This document shows positions 38,496-51,693 of a DNA stretch of 64,000 bases, one piece after another. The stretch is from Pseudovirgaria hyperparasitica (Eukaryota). A program made the translations under genes and the position numbers. Within the stretch, counting starts at the first letter, position 1; each line of letters begins with the position of its first letter. The notes beneath the pieces were generated by a model, which saw nothing but the letters and a program-made list of their open reading frames with translations, searched no databases and had not been told where the DNA came from. The stretch is taken from assembly GCA_010093815.1 (NCBI GenBank), contig ML996586.1; one strand, 5' to 3'.

Positions 38496-40694
38496 TCAAC
38501 TGCTAAATTCATCCGAGTCGACGTCATCACCACCTGCACCTTTTGATTGACTCTTCTTACGCTTTCTGGCTTCGACCTTTGTGCTGATTTTACCGACACC
38601 CTTGGCTAATTTTGCTCCCGGTCTCCTGGCTTCCACGCCTCTTTTTTTAAGCGACTTCTTCTCGTTTTTGCTGGGCGTGGGTAGACTATCGAACAGCCAT
38701 TGTTGGCTCTTTATATCGCCAACTAGATCTTCACTAGGGACACCTTCCTTTCCGCGCAATTTTTCTGCGGCTGCAATCACGTTCGTGATGCTTTTCATAT
38801 GCGGCACATCCTCTTTAGCCCAAAGCGTCACTGCTATACCCCCGTCACGACCAGCACGACCAGTGCGTCCGACACGGTGCACATAGGTCGCAGCACTGGC
38901 AGGAGCATCATAATTGACCACGCCATTTAAGCCCTTGAAGTCAACACCCCGAGCAAGCAGGTCCGTTGTGACAAGCACCCATACCTCACCCTTGCGAAAT
39001 CGAGCTAGTGTATTTGCGCGTATGGTTTCGGAAAGGCTGGAGTGCAGTACAGCGATCCGTGCGGAACCACCTGCTTCAGGAGGTATATCATATTGAAGTT
39101 CCGCGTGAAGCGCAAGTGCACGGGGAATCGTCTGGGTGAAGATAAGGAACGGCGGACGTAATGCAGAGTCGGTCGACGAGGTAGGCCGAAGAAGTTGACG
39201 GACGGCCAACAACTTTCCGGGTTCCGTAGCACAGTATACGAGTTTGTGAGTTATGTTGGGCACGGCAGTATCTTTCAATCCTATGACCAGACGGACAATA
39301 GGAGCTCGTCGAGGTCTGCTTGAGCCCATCGAAGTCTGCTTCATTGACAGTTCGACTGCCTTTCTTTGCGAAGTGATTGTAGACACTACAAGCGACTCGA
39401 CATTTGAACCCATCGTTGCTGACCAGAGGCTGACACGAAGAGATGGAGAAGTACAGCTCTTCCAGATCGATAGTGTCTGTTCTCGAAACAAAGGGTCTAG
39501 GAGGACGTCAGCCTCATCGAGGATAAGATACCTTGCACCGCGAAGGGGCAGCGTAGTCCCAGTAGTATCAGTCAATGCATTCACCAAGGCCAGCGGTGTC
39601 GATACAAGGATATCGGCCTTGACCAGTTGTCCCCTTTTTCTCGTTTTTGCAGGCCCTGTAGTCTCATTAGGCTCCACTACACTACTATCACTATCATCAT
39701 CGGATGTGCGGTCGTCACTTGTAGTTGCGGGCTCGGTTCGTTCGACAACCTCCATGCCTTTGCGCATAAGCGCAAACTTGACTTTGGTTCCCTGGCTGAG
39801 CTTTCTGCCTTCGTTCACAATTTGTGAAGCCAGTTCCTTTGTAGGCGCGACCACAATAGCTCTGGGCGTGACATCATCCCCGTCGGCAAGGGTTTCATCG
39901 TTCGAAGATGCCTTGAGCTTTGCAATTGAATCAACTACAGGTATGAGGAATGCAAGGGTTTTACCACTGCCTGTTGGGGCCACCGCGAGGAGATTGGGCG
40001 TTTCCCAGACAGAATCTTCCAGATCGGTCGAGGAGCTCAGGAGGAGAGGCAAAGAGCCGAGCTGAACCTCTGTAGGTATGGTGTACGCTTGCTGCCTGAT
40101 ATTTCTCACAATGCGCCCGTGTACGCCATAACGTGTCCGCAAATGCTCAAAATCCTGCAACGGCTGGGGATATATTTCTGTTTTCTTCTTCACAGGCGCC
40201 TCCTCAGCGTTGCTACGCTTCTTTTTCTTGCTATGTTTCTCGCGCTTTTTGGTGACAAGGTCTGCCTGCAGATTTTCCAACACGGTTATCTTAATTTTGT
40301 GGGTGCGCAGGATCTTTTTGCATTCTTCCTCACCCAATACTGGCTTGTCTGTACCAACTCCATCGGTAGTCTCCTGGATTTTGTCTGTAGAGAATTTGGT
40401 CTCTTTCTTAGACTTTCCTGCTCCGCCTTGCCTGTTTCTGCCGTCACCGTCGCCTTTTGCTGCTGCCTGCAGCGGTTCGGCGAAGAAATTTAGCTCCTGC
40501 GGAAGATCACCGTCGCCGTTTTCTGCCTTTCTCTTTTTGCGAGGTGGCTCGGATTCGTCACATTTTGGCGCATGGCTCGCGAAGAGTTGCGGGTTGTTCG
40601 TCTGGCCGCTTGATGGGGTTTTCGAGGCACTAGTTTGATGGGAATTTGCTTTCGAATATTTTGTGGATCGCGTGAGGAGCTTAAGGACGTCCAT
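38496..40694 (-). CDS. ROK1: DEAD-box RNA helicase Rok1 (DDX52)
   Basis: MDVLKLLTRST start, PTEVQ, APTGSGKT, PTKELA, DEAD, SAT, TDLLARGVDF, HRVGRTGRAG; single exon, 732 aa. Confidence 0.92.
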   Translation of the reverse strand: MDVLKLLTRSTKYSKANSHQTSASKTPSSGQTNNPQLFASHAPKCDESEPPRKKRKAENGDGDLPQELNFFAEPLQAAAKGDGDGRNRQGGAGKSKKETKFSTDKIQETTDGVGTDKPVLGEEECKKILRTHKIKITVLENLQADLVTKKREKHSKKKKRSNAEEAPVKKKTEIYPQPLQDFEHLRTRYGVHGRIVRNIRQQAYTIPTEVQLGSLPLLLSSSTDLEDSVWETPNLLAVAPTGSGKTLAFLIPVVDSIAKLKASSNDETLADGDDVTPRAIVVAPTKELASQIVNEGRKLSQGTKVKFALMRKGMEVVERTEPATTSDDRTSDDDSDSSVVEPNETTGPAKTRKRGQLVKADILVSTPLALVNALTDTTGTTLPLRGARYLILDEADVLLDPLFREQTLSIWKSCTSPSLRVSLWSATMGSNVESLVVSTITSQRKAVELSMKQTSMGSSRPRRAPIVRLVIGLKDTAVPNITHKLVYCATEPGKLLAVRQLLRPTSSTDSALRPPFLIFTQTIPRALALHAELQYDIPPEAGGSARIAVLHSSLSETIRANTLARFRKGEVWVLVTTDLLARGVDFKGLNGVVNYDAPASAATYVHRVGRTGRAGRDGGIAVTLWAKEDVPHMKSITNVIAAAEKLRGKEGVPSEDLVGDIKSQQWLFDSLPTPSKNEKKSLKKRGVEARRPGAKLAKGVGKISTKVEARKRKKSQSKGAGGDDVDSDEFSS

Positions 40695-41133
40695 GAGGCC
40701 GGGTACACGCCCTATGTCCTCATAGAGTGTTTATTGTGATGGTGCAGAACCTAGACAAGCCTGAGCAGATCCAGGTAAGAAATGCTCAAAAAATCCGAAC
40801 TATAGAATAGACGCTAATAGCCCGGCGTTAGCGGACAAACCTTGTCCCTCAGTACCACATGTTGAGAGTGCATATCATAACAGTTTTAGCTCATTCATAG
40901 TCAGTGTTTGCACATTCTCTGTAATAACTATGTATTTGATAAACTTCCTACATGTACAGTGACACAGGGGGATCTAAGAGGCTGTATGTACGATGCATAC
41001 AGACACGAGCGCACTGAGAGAACAGAACAAAAAGTCCGGGATGTACAGGGTCTCTGTCCATTGCCCTCGAGTAAGGTGTATCCATCTCATTTTTACGACA
41101 ATGATCCGCTCTCATGCGTGCATGTCTGTGTAT

Positions 41134-41905
41134 CTAATGGCCCTCGCCATGTTTCCCGCCCCTGTAGCCGACGAGTTTCATTCTTCCAATTATCTCGCCA
41201 ATAGTAAAGAAGCCTATTACCTCCGCTGCAATTACACCCGCTGAGGCGTACTGTGCGTGACTCATGCTCCTGATCTGACCAAGTATGTTGCTAGGTTGGA
41301 AAGATTGTGCGCTGGGTGCAGCGTTCTTGATCGATCCGCCGCGGATACTGTTGATGGCATTTTGGTAATATGACTGGAATGTCTGCAATGATCTTGGGAA
41401 ACAATGGTCAGTACAAGTGAGTGGGCGAAGAGTCGCAGAACTTACGGTGGGTTCATGCTCCTTTGCTCAAACATGATCTTCCCAAGCTCCAGTCCGACTC
41501 TTCCATAGTAAACTACGCGAGGTATCAAGGCTAGCAATTGTTAGTAAGTAGCTTTGTCGCCTGATTTTGCTAGGTAGTAAGTATGGCGGGTCTGATTGAT
41601 GATGCGGTTGACTCATACTGCCAATAGGAGATGTGCGACTTACAAGATACAAAGCCAATTGTTCCACTGGTCTTTGCCACTGCGGCATCAGCTGCACTGC
41701 TAGCCTGGCTCACTACATTCGAAGCGGAAGATTGGACTTTGGACAAGCCCTCCGAGGCCTTGCTCTTTACTTCAGCGCCCTTCTCTTTGACAGCATTGGC
41801 CGCATTGCCGGCAGCTTCGGAGGTTGAGGACGCATTGCGCAAGGCAGGGCGACGGATCACAAAACGTGATTGTCTCAGCACTGCGCGAGATGCGTGCAGT
41901 GGCAT
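41134..41905 (-). CDS. ATP20: Mitochondrial ATP synthase subunit g
   Basis: Presequence, middle exon YYGRVGLELGKIMFEQRSMNPP, last exon AGVIAAEVIGFFTIGEIIGRMKLVGY (GxxxG); two introns. Confidence 0.93.
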
Positions 41906-44900
41906 TTTAGAGGAGAGGGGATGGTGTGGGTTGAGGTGGTCGATGGTATTGGATGTTGTGAGCTCCTTGTCGGAAGTGTTCAGAATTCTGAGATGCGAGC
42001 TTTACTCTTGGCATTCTCGGGCATTTCCGGCCCGACCAGACAACCTCAGATGTCTCTGTCATTGTGTCGCACACATACAACACAGAAACATGCTTTGCCG
42101 TCATTATCGAAACACCATTAAATACTCAATTCAATCCAGCCAAATCTATATTCAGAGTTGAATGGTCAGACTCATCGTGTATCTCCACCATTGGCTTCTC
42201 CGAGACCTCGCTGACCTCGAATGTCCGCCTGGAACTTAGAAACCCCTTGTCGTCTTAATATAACATTCGGATCCATCAATGATTAATGATTCGGTCGTAG
42301 CAATCATGCTCAAGGATGAATTTAGCGGACGCTATCGAATCGATGTGTTCTCGGACCGACCTAGCATCTTCAAAAGCAATCTCTTAGCTTAGGGTGTCCG
42401 CCACCTCCTATCACTATAGACAGGGCATCTAGGCCATGGACGCATGGGTATGCTGCGTTCATTTAACGCACGACCACGAGTGTTGGATTCATCACCAAAT
42501 CTCACTAATACAGCCACAAGTATAAGGAAACTAGCGAAGGCGTTTTCTGTATAACCCTACTTCGAAAGTTCTGGTCATGGGGCTCTGACTGGTGAATTAT
42601 GTCATGTTCAGTCTGTGGAAAATGCTCACTGCAATGTGGCTTATAACTGTTTAGGAGAAGATTCTCAAGATGCACTGCATACTGCGACAAGATTCACACT
42701 CACCAAGCAAGCACGTTTTCTCGTGGTCATAGCCACCTGTGTAACACGGAGGCGATACCTTTGCTACCACTCAATGTTCGAATAACTGAAAGTTTCTTTA
42801 GTCTTCTGCATCACTATTTAAGCACCATCGACCATATTACACCGGTAGTTCACGGATCCCCACTGTGTCCCTCTACGTCGGAGACCCAAGAAATGCTCCC
42901 ATAGTGAAATGGTTCGCCGAGAAGAAACTGTGCCTCAGACGCACATAGAATACCTTTTAGTCACTTGCAGATTACACGCGAGCGATTGGGGGCCCGGAAT
43001 ATGCTTCTTTCATTCGACGATCCTCCAGATGCGACCACTACTAGCATGGCGCACACGCCGGTAACCTCTATTCGCACATTCCAAAAACAACTTTTATGTG
43101 CACGCGGCATTCGCGGGAGTACTGCCCCATACCACCATCAATAGCAAACAGCGTATGCGGCGACTCGCAGTAGTGCCGCACTAAGACGTATGCACCGATG
43201 GTGGAATGCGCCCCTATACGAGAGTGATCCCTCTCAATTACATCGCATCGCGTCTGTAGGCAGGTGTTTGAGAGAATTCTAAGAAGAAGAATTTTCTGGT
43301 CGTGGAATTGAGGCCGCTGGTGCCGCCTGCTGAAGTGACTCGGGACGATCTCCGCCTGTGCGATGTGACCGTGTTGTGAAGGACTGTATTGTAATGATGC
43401 CTGTTGATGCCTTTTCGGAATAGTCTATATAGACGAGTGGGCACTGACAGCGCTCTTCCTGGCTGCTGCTAACTCGAGATGGTAATATGGTACGCGGTGT
43501 CATCGGCTTTTTTTGCTGTTCTGTTCTTTCCCCTCGTGAAACATGACGACTAGAGCAGTCAGCAGCTAGTATAGGTTTGGTCAACGAGTCGCTGTGCGCT
43601 TGATAGGCGAAAATCTTACACACCACCGACATTGCTACGCGCCGGAGTTTAGTCCACTCTGAGAATATGACTCGCCACCGGCAGCTGGGTTGCAGGAAGG
43701 AGACGTCAAGATTCTGAGAAATCATCTTTTGTCCGAGAGATAGGGTACAGAGATTGTAGAACCATGTTGACGTTTAGAGCACGTACAGAAAATGTGAGCA
43801 GTGTGCCATTGAACAGAGTCAAAACTCTGCTCAGGGGTAGAGTGGAGGGTTGTCAAGGTATACATCAATGGAGAGAATGACCACAATTTCCCACAAGCGA
43901 AGTCATTGTTTTTCAATATCACACATAGATGTTGCTACTACGCCAAGGAGATAGAGTCTCAAGGAACGACGATCAGGAGGTAGCACAACTTAGGGAACTT
44001 TTAGATCAAAGGTTCCAGTATTTCGACTGCAAGATCTGGATGGGGCGGATCTGTGGAGAACAGCACTTCACCAGGCAGCTTTGAACTACGTGTCTAGTCA
44101 CACGTAGTCGAAGATCCTCATGCGCGACAAAGCCCTCCGTTCCCTTTCGAGGATTCCATGCATAGGTCTCTTGATGTTGCACTCCGCCGATTGTCAGTCA
44201 CCAACACTCCAATTGTCATATTGGCAATGCGTCTCTGTACAGCGTAGTTGGGTCGACCCAGTAGCGGACAGGATTAAGATTGGCGAAGAGCGGTTTGTGA
44301 CATCGGTCCACATGTCTGCTTTGCGCGAAATGAGCAACCAATAATGCCGGCACTTGCGAACATGACTTCAGCGAGACTTTTCCCTTCGAAGTGACATATC
44401 TCGTGTCGGGCGATCGTCGATGGGCCCAGAAAAGGCGCTGTGAGAAGCTGCCTCCTACGACGTAAGTAAATGATAGTCGCTACTAGAATGACAGCGGGAA
44501 TGACAGCATTCAAGCGCCACTCAACTTAGGAACGGTAAGGTGACTAAATATATGGACGGATTCGAGAGTCATGTACACTCCATGCACTGTGCACGTTCCC
44601 AGGTTAGGTCTTGAACCGAGCGGCCTTGGAAGTTCTGAACAGTGACCTGCTCACCACCGTGGCACCACCCTCACCCTGTAGATCACCAGAAGGCGTTGAG
44701 CTGCTATGCATCGGCAGCGGGACGGAGGGGTTCCCCCCGTAGAGCCCTGTCCCAGTCAAAGGCCGCATGCATGACATAATTAGGAGTTCGTTGAATAGTG
44801 TAGATGTGCTCGTGGAAGAGTTAGGATAAATTGTTGTTGACATAATTGAGCATACGTTGGGAGTGTCCAGGGTTCCACATGGAGATGGAGAAAATGTCGA

Positions 44901-47094
44901 CTGACCCCCGGTCAACTCGGGCAGGTCAAGGAACTTTAGGATATTCAAGGAAGAGACGGTGGTGACCATTGTCGAGGACAGGAAGCAGACGCAGACGCAC
45001 ACACTTACTACTCGATCAGCCACGATCGACGATATTGGAAGCGAAAGCGATGGATGCAGGCTTTAACTTGTTTTGCAGAACGATGGCTTGCACTTTGCAC
45101 TAGATGTGGTAGTCTCTGCTCGCACGCAGCACCAACACACCACCAGCCTGTGTACTGCTCCGCTCTGCTACGGCAGCTATCTGCTTATGGCTTTGAAAGG
45201 TGCACTTGGTGGCGTCGCAGATGATGCAAGACAATACAATGCAGGCCTCATAGAGGGCAGGATAATGTCGTTTCGTACCCGGGTCCAGCATCAGTAGAGG
45301 CAGATGGTGTAGTAAAATGACCGTCAGTCAAAGTGATCTATCTCATTTTCAATCTTGCCCAGTGACCGACCAGTGGAAGAAGGGGCGGCACGGAGGAAAG
45401 ATAAAAGATGATTTATATGTAAGGGTGTTGTGCTTGTTTACCCTCGTCTTCCAACCCTAGCTTGCCTTGCACTTCATGCTTAATGGTCAACCACATACAC
45501 AAGTCGACATCGAACTCACATTTTTGCTGCATTTACAACATGCCGACATCATGCGGTATTGTTAACCGATGGATGCGCACGCTGATGGATGCAGACCCCA
45601 GCCTGGCGCGACCCGAAAAACAGGGACTGGCTGTTGCAGCCACTTTTTCTCTTCGGCCTTCCATTTCGACACGTCAATGCAGGATACTACGAAAGATAAG
45701 TCTGAGTGCAGGTGGAGAGGCAGAAAATCCTGAGTTGAAATAATAGTGCTCCGATGTTGACTTTTCAATTGGGTGTGTGGAGCAATTGGACGTCGTAGAG
45801 ATGTCACAACGAGCCGAGGGCGTCGGTTCATGTCGAAGCTGGCGCCGGCATGTCATGTTAACGTATGCTGCGCATCCAATCGTTCGGATGGACGGGTGCG
45901 GCACGGCAGAAGCAAAGAAGAACGTGGAGAGATATGTAACTATGTATCTAAGACGTCTAGAGCTGATGGGTGAGCCACCATGCCAGGACAATTGGATCCA
46001 TCATTTCTTGAACCACAGAATAAAGATATCTGGCGCTTACGGCGACAAAAAGCTATGGGATACATTCGACTCCCACGGGGTAATAATCTCTCGATGCTTA
46101 GAGGATCGCAGTACAGTTATGCAACACAGCGACTCGTGTTTGTATTCTCGGTCGCTTCCTCGGCCTCTGTGCATCCCTTTCGGTTGTACACGCATATATG
46201 GCTCTAGAAACTATACTCGTTAACGTTAATGCCGTTACAGCTGTGCAGTGGAAGCCCCAAGCACAGGCAGAGGACACTTACGTTATCCACTAGGTCGTTG
46301 GTCGCCTCATTCGATTGGCGACTTGGATCCTGGGGACTCCGCATAAGATGATTACGATGGGGCTGACTGCGACTGCATCCGTGCGACCAACAGACAGGCA
46401 CAGGCTGCCTTGTGTTATGCAGTCTCTCTTATTCATTACAAGGTTCATTGTTTTCTTTCCAGCGCGCGCTTCTCTCTGTGCGCGTGCTACTTTACCTTGT
46501 CTATTTCCTATTTGGTCCAGATTTCCGCACACTGACAGCATACATATTCTGCTGATGAGATTGGATCTGTTCGCAAGATTGCGTGGGATCTTGTAAGCGC
46601 CTACGCCATCAGACACTTCCACCAGTCCCGTCTATAGCCCCCTCCCCCCTCTGGCGTCCTGAAAGTGAGATGTATGGCGTGCAGGAGTGTGGATCGCAAA
46701 AACGGCCGATGTCTCTATTACAAGGAACTAAGCTCCTCCCTTGTCCATTCCTGCCGCCACTTATCCCGAACCATCACCCGTCGACGTCCTGTGCAAACGA
46801 TACGCGCAATTGACCCTCGACTCCCCTCTGTCCATTGCATCTGCTGCAGTTCCTGAGAGTGCCTCCAGCGCCTCCCAGGATTGCATCAGATGCTTGTCGC
46901 AGACTAAACCCTGGTCATGTACTATCTATGGTCTGGTGGCCGGCCAGGCTTCGTTACTCTGTCTTTCCTATTTATCTTCAACTTGCCGCCCACATTGACG
47001 TCTTTCGGTCTTCTACAATCCCACCTATGTCTACCCTCCTCCAAGTTTCTCTCTAACAGGGTCACACTGTGGTTCCCTAGTCCCTCGTTTCGGC

Positions 47095-48544
47095 ATGTTT
47101 TCTGCGGGTTATTCTTGGCTTGCCTTTGCCGCTGTGTTGTAGGTGCCTTGTCCTGTATGCCTCATATCAGAAACATCTAACATGGTCCCAGCCTCTTTCG
47201 ATATATCCGCTTATGCGTTAATGTTTATGCTTATTACATTGGGTATAAACCCACACCTATTCCTGAAAAGCTATATCCAAGGGATAACATCACAGTCATT
47301 CTACCTACTCTAGGAGAGAATGCTGAGGAGCTCCTGATCACAATACAGTCAGCTTTACAGAATGAGCCACAGAAGATTGTATTAGTGACTCCTAAAGTGC
47401 ATCTAAAAAGAGTTGAGGCCATGATGCAAAACGTCTACGAGCCGGCTCGCAATCGTATCAAGGTCTTAACCTCGAACATGACCAATAAGCGTCAGCAGAT
47501 CGTTCGAGCACTACCAGATGAAGTCGAGACACCCTTTGTGATGCTGATCGATGACGACGTAAAGCTGCCACCGACATTTTCGGACTGGGTACTGGCACCG
47601 TTTGCGAATCCGAACGTAGGCGGAGTAGGGACGAATCAACGGGTTCGACGGAGTGAGAAACCCAATTTCTGGGAGATTCTCGGCGGGATATATCTACAGC
47701 GGCGCAATTTTGACTGCACTGCTTGCAACTATATGGACGGCGGACTTCCTTGTTTGTCCGGGCGAGCAGTTGTGTATCGATCTTCTATACTGAAAGATCC
47801 AGAATTCATGACCCAGTTCAATGAAGAGAGTGTTTCCTGGTTCAAGAAGAAATACCTGTTGAATGCTGACGACGATAATTTCATAACTCGCTGGCTGTTC
47901 AAGACTGGATACGATATCCGAATGCAAAATCACCCAGACTGTGAGGTTGAGACCACTCTAGCTCCGGACAGAACCTACTTGAGACAATGTGTCCGCTGGT
48001 CAAGGAGCAATTGGCGGAGTAATCTTACCAGCCTCTTTACCGAACGTAACGTCTATCTGTAAGCCAGAGCATACCAATGATGTTCCCTGTACCACTTGAC
48101 TGACACTGTCAATCAGTATGTATCCTTGGAGCACGTACGCTGTCTTTCTAACCACCGTCACCCAATGGGCTCTAGCCATGGACTTGACGATGATCTACCT
48201 GCTGAGTCGAGTGGTGAGAGGCTGGGATACCTACGATACATACATTGCATACTTTTTGTTTTTCTGCTGGTGGTTGATGTCTAGGTTCATTAAATTCGTG
48301 GGCTACTTCCGACAATATCCCATGGACCTTGTGAACTATGGATTGCTGATCATTGGATTCGGCTATTTCCACAACTTTATTAAGTTCTTTAGCGCATGCA
48401 CCATTCTCAACGTAAGCTATGGGGATCAATTGTCTGTCGAAACCGAGTGAATACTGACGACGAAGACAGACAGATTGGGGAAGCAGAGAGGATGCCGACC
48501 GAGCTCCAGACAACAAAGAGCGCCTTCGAAGGCTCCGAGATTGA
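47095..48544 (+). CDS. Membrane GT2 polysaccharide synthase, Cps1-like
   Basis: MFSAGYSWLAFAAVF-LFRYIRL..YKPTPIP..ITVILPTL, NKRQQ, LIDDDV (DxD), GGVGT, LPCLSGR, ADDDNFITRW, QCVRWSRSNWRS (QxxRW), C-terminal TMs and TDWGSR; three introns. Confidence 0.88.
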
Positions 48545-49681
48545 ATCGTCCTATCCTCTAAAAGTTTTGAACTTCCGCTACCGATCCTCTTCGAGCCTGC
48601 AATGAGCGATCGAACGAATTTTACGAAGAGCATCTGAACGACACCATGTACTACACTACGATTATAACGAACTTGACTAGATTATCGCGTGGGACATAAT
48701 CATTGCATTTCATCTTGTAGCCCATCACATAGCCGAAGGCTGACTACATTCCTGGGCACTGGCGTTCCGGATCCTACGGGACCGTATTTGGATACTTTTC
48801 AATCAGGTTGCGTATTTATTTTTGAATGTAATATACTCTACAAAAGTAAGATTTCCGGCTCAAAAAGAGGCACAAAAGGCCTTGGCCAAGGTACTGGTTG
48901 GCGTTGCATTTTTGCTATTACTTCTTAGGTCAGGTTCACGGCTTTCAAAATAGATGATTCTCTTCTCTATTCGCTACCTACGCTCTATCTCAGCACATCC
49001 ATGATCAATCATATGCCAGCGAGGCACCAGACGGACTAGGGATGCACAGGTTTTGCAGATCAGTCGACTGATCGACACGAGTATCTTGTGGCGTCTCGAC
49101 ACAACCGTTTTATGTTGGAACGGCGACTCGGCCGCACCGACGACAAATCAGACAAGCCATGGTATTATCGACCATGAACGGAGGCCGAATGCGAGAGTGT
49201 GCCAACGCCAGATCATCTGGGCACGGATGGACAATGCAAGGGCTGAGGCGATTCATGGATAGGCGTTGCGAGTCGTCATCATGGAGATGGACTTGTGGGC
49301 AGGCCGGCGTGGCGCGTGTGTCATGGCAAACCACTCCAAGGAGACAAGAGACAAGCGACGGCTAGGGGCGAGACACTGGTATCATTGGAGGTCTCGGAAC
49401 GGGTCCACTTGAATTACGAAGTCGTTTGGATTGGTCAGCAGGTGCGCCTCGTGGCGTAGGTGAAGGTGAAGAAATCTACGCGTGGCCAAGTGATAGTTAC
49501 AGGACGATGCACGACTATGGTAGGTGAATCCCTGAAAGCTCTGGACGGCCGCCTTGGATGCTGTGCAGCTAAAGGTTGGAGAGAGGGATGGAGGAGGTTG
49601 AAGTCTTGAGTGTGCATATGGTGGCTTGGTGGTGCTTTGGTGGTGTTGTGGCTTGGTGCCAGGCCCGCCCCTGCCACCATA

Positions 49682-49696
49682 CCCCCCCCCCCCCCC
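49682..49696. repeat. C15 homopolymer
   Basis: Run of 15 C read directly. Confidence 0.9.
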
Positions 49697-50655
49697 TGCT
49701 TGTTCTGCCGCGGCGTCTAAGGCCCCCTTGTTCTGGCTGTTATCGCGTCAACCGCGGTGCATCGTGACTTGTCAGACGACCTCAAAGGCCGTGGAGAGAT
49801 GGTACAGTGTTACTACACATGGTACTACATATGCTAATGCAGATGATATATGCCGCCTGTGTTTGTGTGAGATATAGACATGGCGTATAGAATGCTGCAT
49901 GTCATTCTCTGGGGCTCTGCCTAGGCTCTCGCTCGGTGGCTATTTGAGATGATAGACTATGCCGTTCTTATTGCCACATGCATACATAATGATCGTTGCA
50001 GCTGGCAGCAGCTTCTGGCCTACCTACTTGATAGCCGCATGCACAGTGAGCCGCAGATCTCGAAGGCGTCGACAGCCGATCCAAGTATATAGTATAGTCG
50101 ATGAGAGATTATCTGGTGGCCCAATGCAACGACGAGCACTTGCTGCATCAGACCAACCAGTATCTACCACACTAATACTACGTACTTTCAGCTAACTCAG
50201 CTCTCCGCTTCCATTCTCACGGACAGCCCCCAATCACCCATTAGAACTACCCCTTAGTTCATCGCCAATCGTCCATCGTCCATCGCCCCCTCGACCAGTG
50301 ACTAAGGCGCAATGGATGGGAAGCAAGGGCGAGCGGGGTAGTCCAACTTCTAGTTCTGTGTAAGTTAGCGTGGCTTAATCTTTGCTTGCGCCGCCCTACT
50401 TCCTAAGGACCTTATCTTAAATGGTAAATCGGAGTTTGTATCATAAGTGCCAGTCGGTGGCACCGGTGGGTGATCCTCCGTAGCTATCTGTGATGAGTCC
50501 GTAGATACCCCATCTGGTCATTGATACTGTACTACTACGTACACTTCTATCAAACAGTCTGTCGATAGCATACGCCTCCGGTCCGTCTTCAGAAAGTAAG
50601 AGAATAACAATGCTGAAGAACTGCGAAGCTCCAATATATTTCAAATACTAAGCAA

Positions 50656-51537
50656 CTACTGAAGGTTCACAAAAAGGCCCCCATCGACCAGTAGCTGTGC
50701 TCCGTTCTGTTGACATGGTCAGCTTGGATCGTCAATGATACGAGAATTAGCGAGCTTACGACATATCGAGACATATCACTAGCAAGGAAAACAGCTGGTC
50801 CAGCGAGATCATCAGGCATACCTGTCCTACCCAACGGTATTCGTCCTTCCATATACGTCCGCTTGGTATCGTCTTCTAGGTCTTTCTCGTTTAACTGGGT
50901 CTTAATGGTCCCAGGTAATAGAGCATTGCATCTGATCCTATACTTTCCCAGTGCGCAAGCCAAAGACTGCATCAGGCTCAGGACCCCTGCTTTGGTCGGC
51001 GTGTAATGCGTCTGCAGACCGCCACCAACCAGCGCTGAGATAGACGATATGCCAATGATGGATCCGCCATGGCCCTGTGAGGCCATCTGTCGAGCGGCTG
51101 CTTGTGTTGCGTAGAACGCCCCATGTAGGTTGGTTTTGACTGTGAACTCGAACAGATCCTGCTCCAGACTATGCGCAATCCATGTGAGCAACCAGCTGAA
51201 TTACAAATTTGCTAGCGACTCACTCTAAAAACTCAGCAAATTGACACACGCCCGCGTTGCTCACGAAAATATTAAGCTTTCCGAATCGATCAACAGTCTG
51301 CTGTACCAGCCTGAGCGCGGTTTCTTTCTTTGATATGTCTCCAGCCACAGCAATCAACGGACTTTCCGATTTGTTCTCAGCTACCATAGACTCAAATTGC
51401 CTCTCCGATGCTTCATCCCCTAGATGGTTCACACAGACAGACGCGCCTTGTTTGAGATACTCAAGGGCGATCGCTCTTCCGATACCCGTGACCCCACCTG
51501 TGATGGCGGCGACTTTACCGGCTAGTAGTTGAGTCAT
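50656..51537 (-). CDS. LRA1: L-rhamnose 1-dehydrogenase (SDR family)
   Basis: LLAGKVAAITGGVTGIGRAIA, SNAGVCQFAEFL, GISSISALVGGGLQTHYTPTKAG (YxxxK), RCNALLPGTIKTQLN, QLLVDGGLFVNLQ*; two introns. Confidence 0.88.
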
Positions 51538-51676
51538 GTTTAAATGTACTTGTTCGTGCGATTCGATGATACCGACGATTGCGTTGGAGATGCGGACGAT
51601 GATGACAATGATGATAGAAATCTACATTGGAATCACATCGAGATATGAATTCACTAAGCTGCGGCAGTTTTCGTCT

Positions 51677-51693
51677 CGGTACAAAGGCTGCCG
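51677..51693. promoter_or_regulatory. CGG-N11-CCG Zn2Cys6 binding site (RhaR/Gal4 type)
   Basis: CGG TACAAAGGCTG CCG, 140 bp upstream of the LRA1 ATG, in the divergent LRA1/NIT3 intergenic region. Confidence 0.55.

Noticed and set aside
39253..40638. Plus-strand ORFs of 270, 134 and 142 aa
   Set aside because: Antisense to ROK1; composition simply mirrors its codons.
45777..46223. Possible pogo/Fot1 transposase remnant
   Set aside because: Resemblance is limited to about 15 residues; no DDE segment or terminal inverted repeats seen, so not called as a feature.
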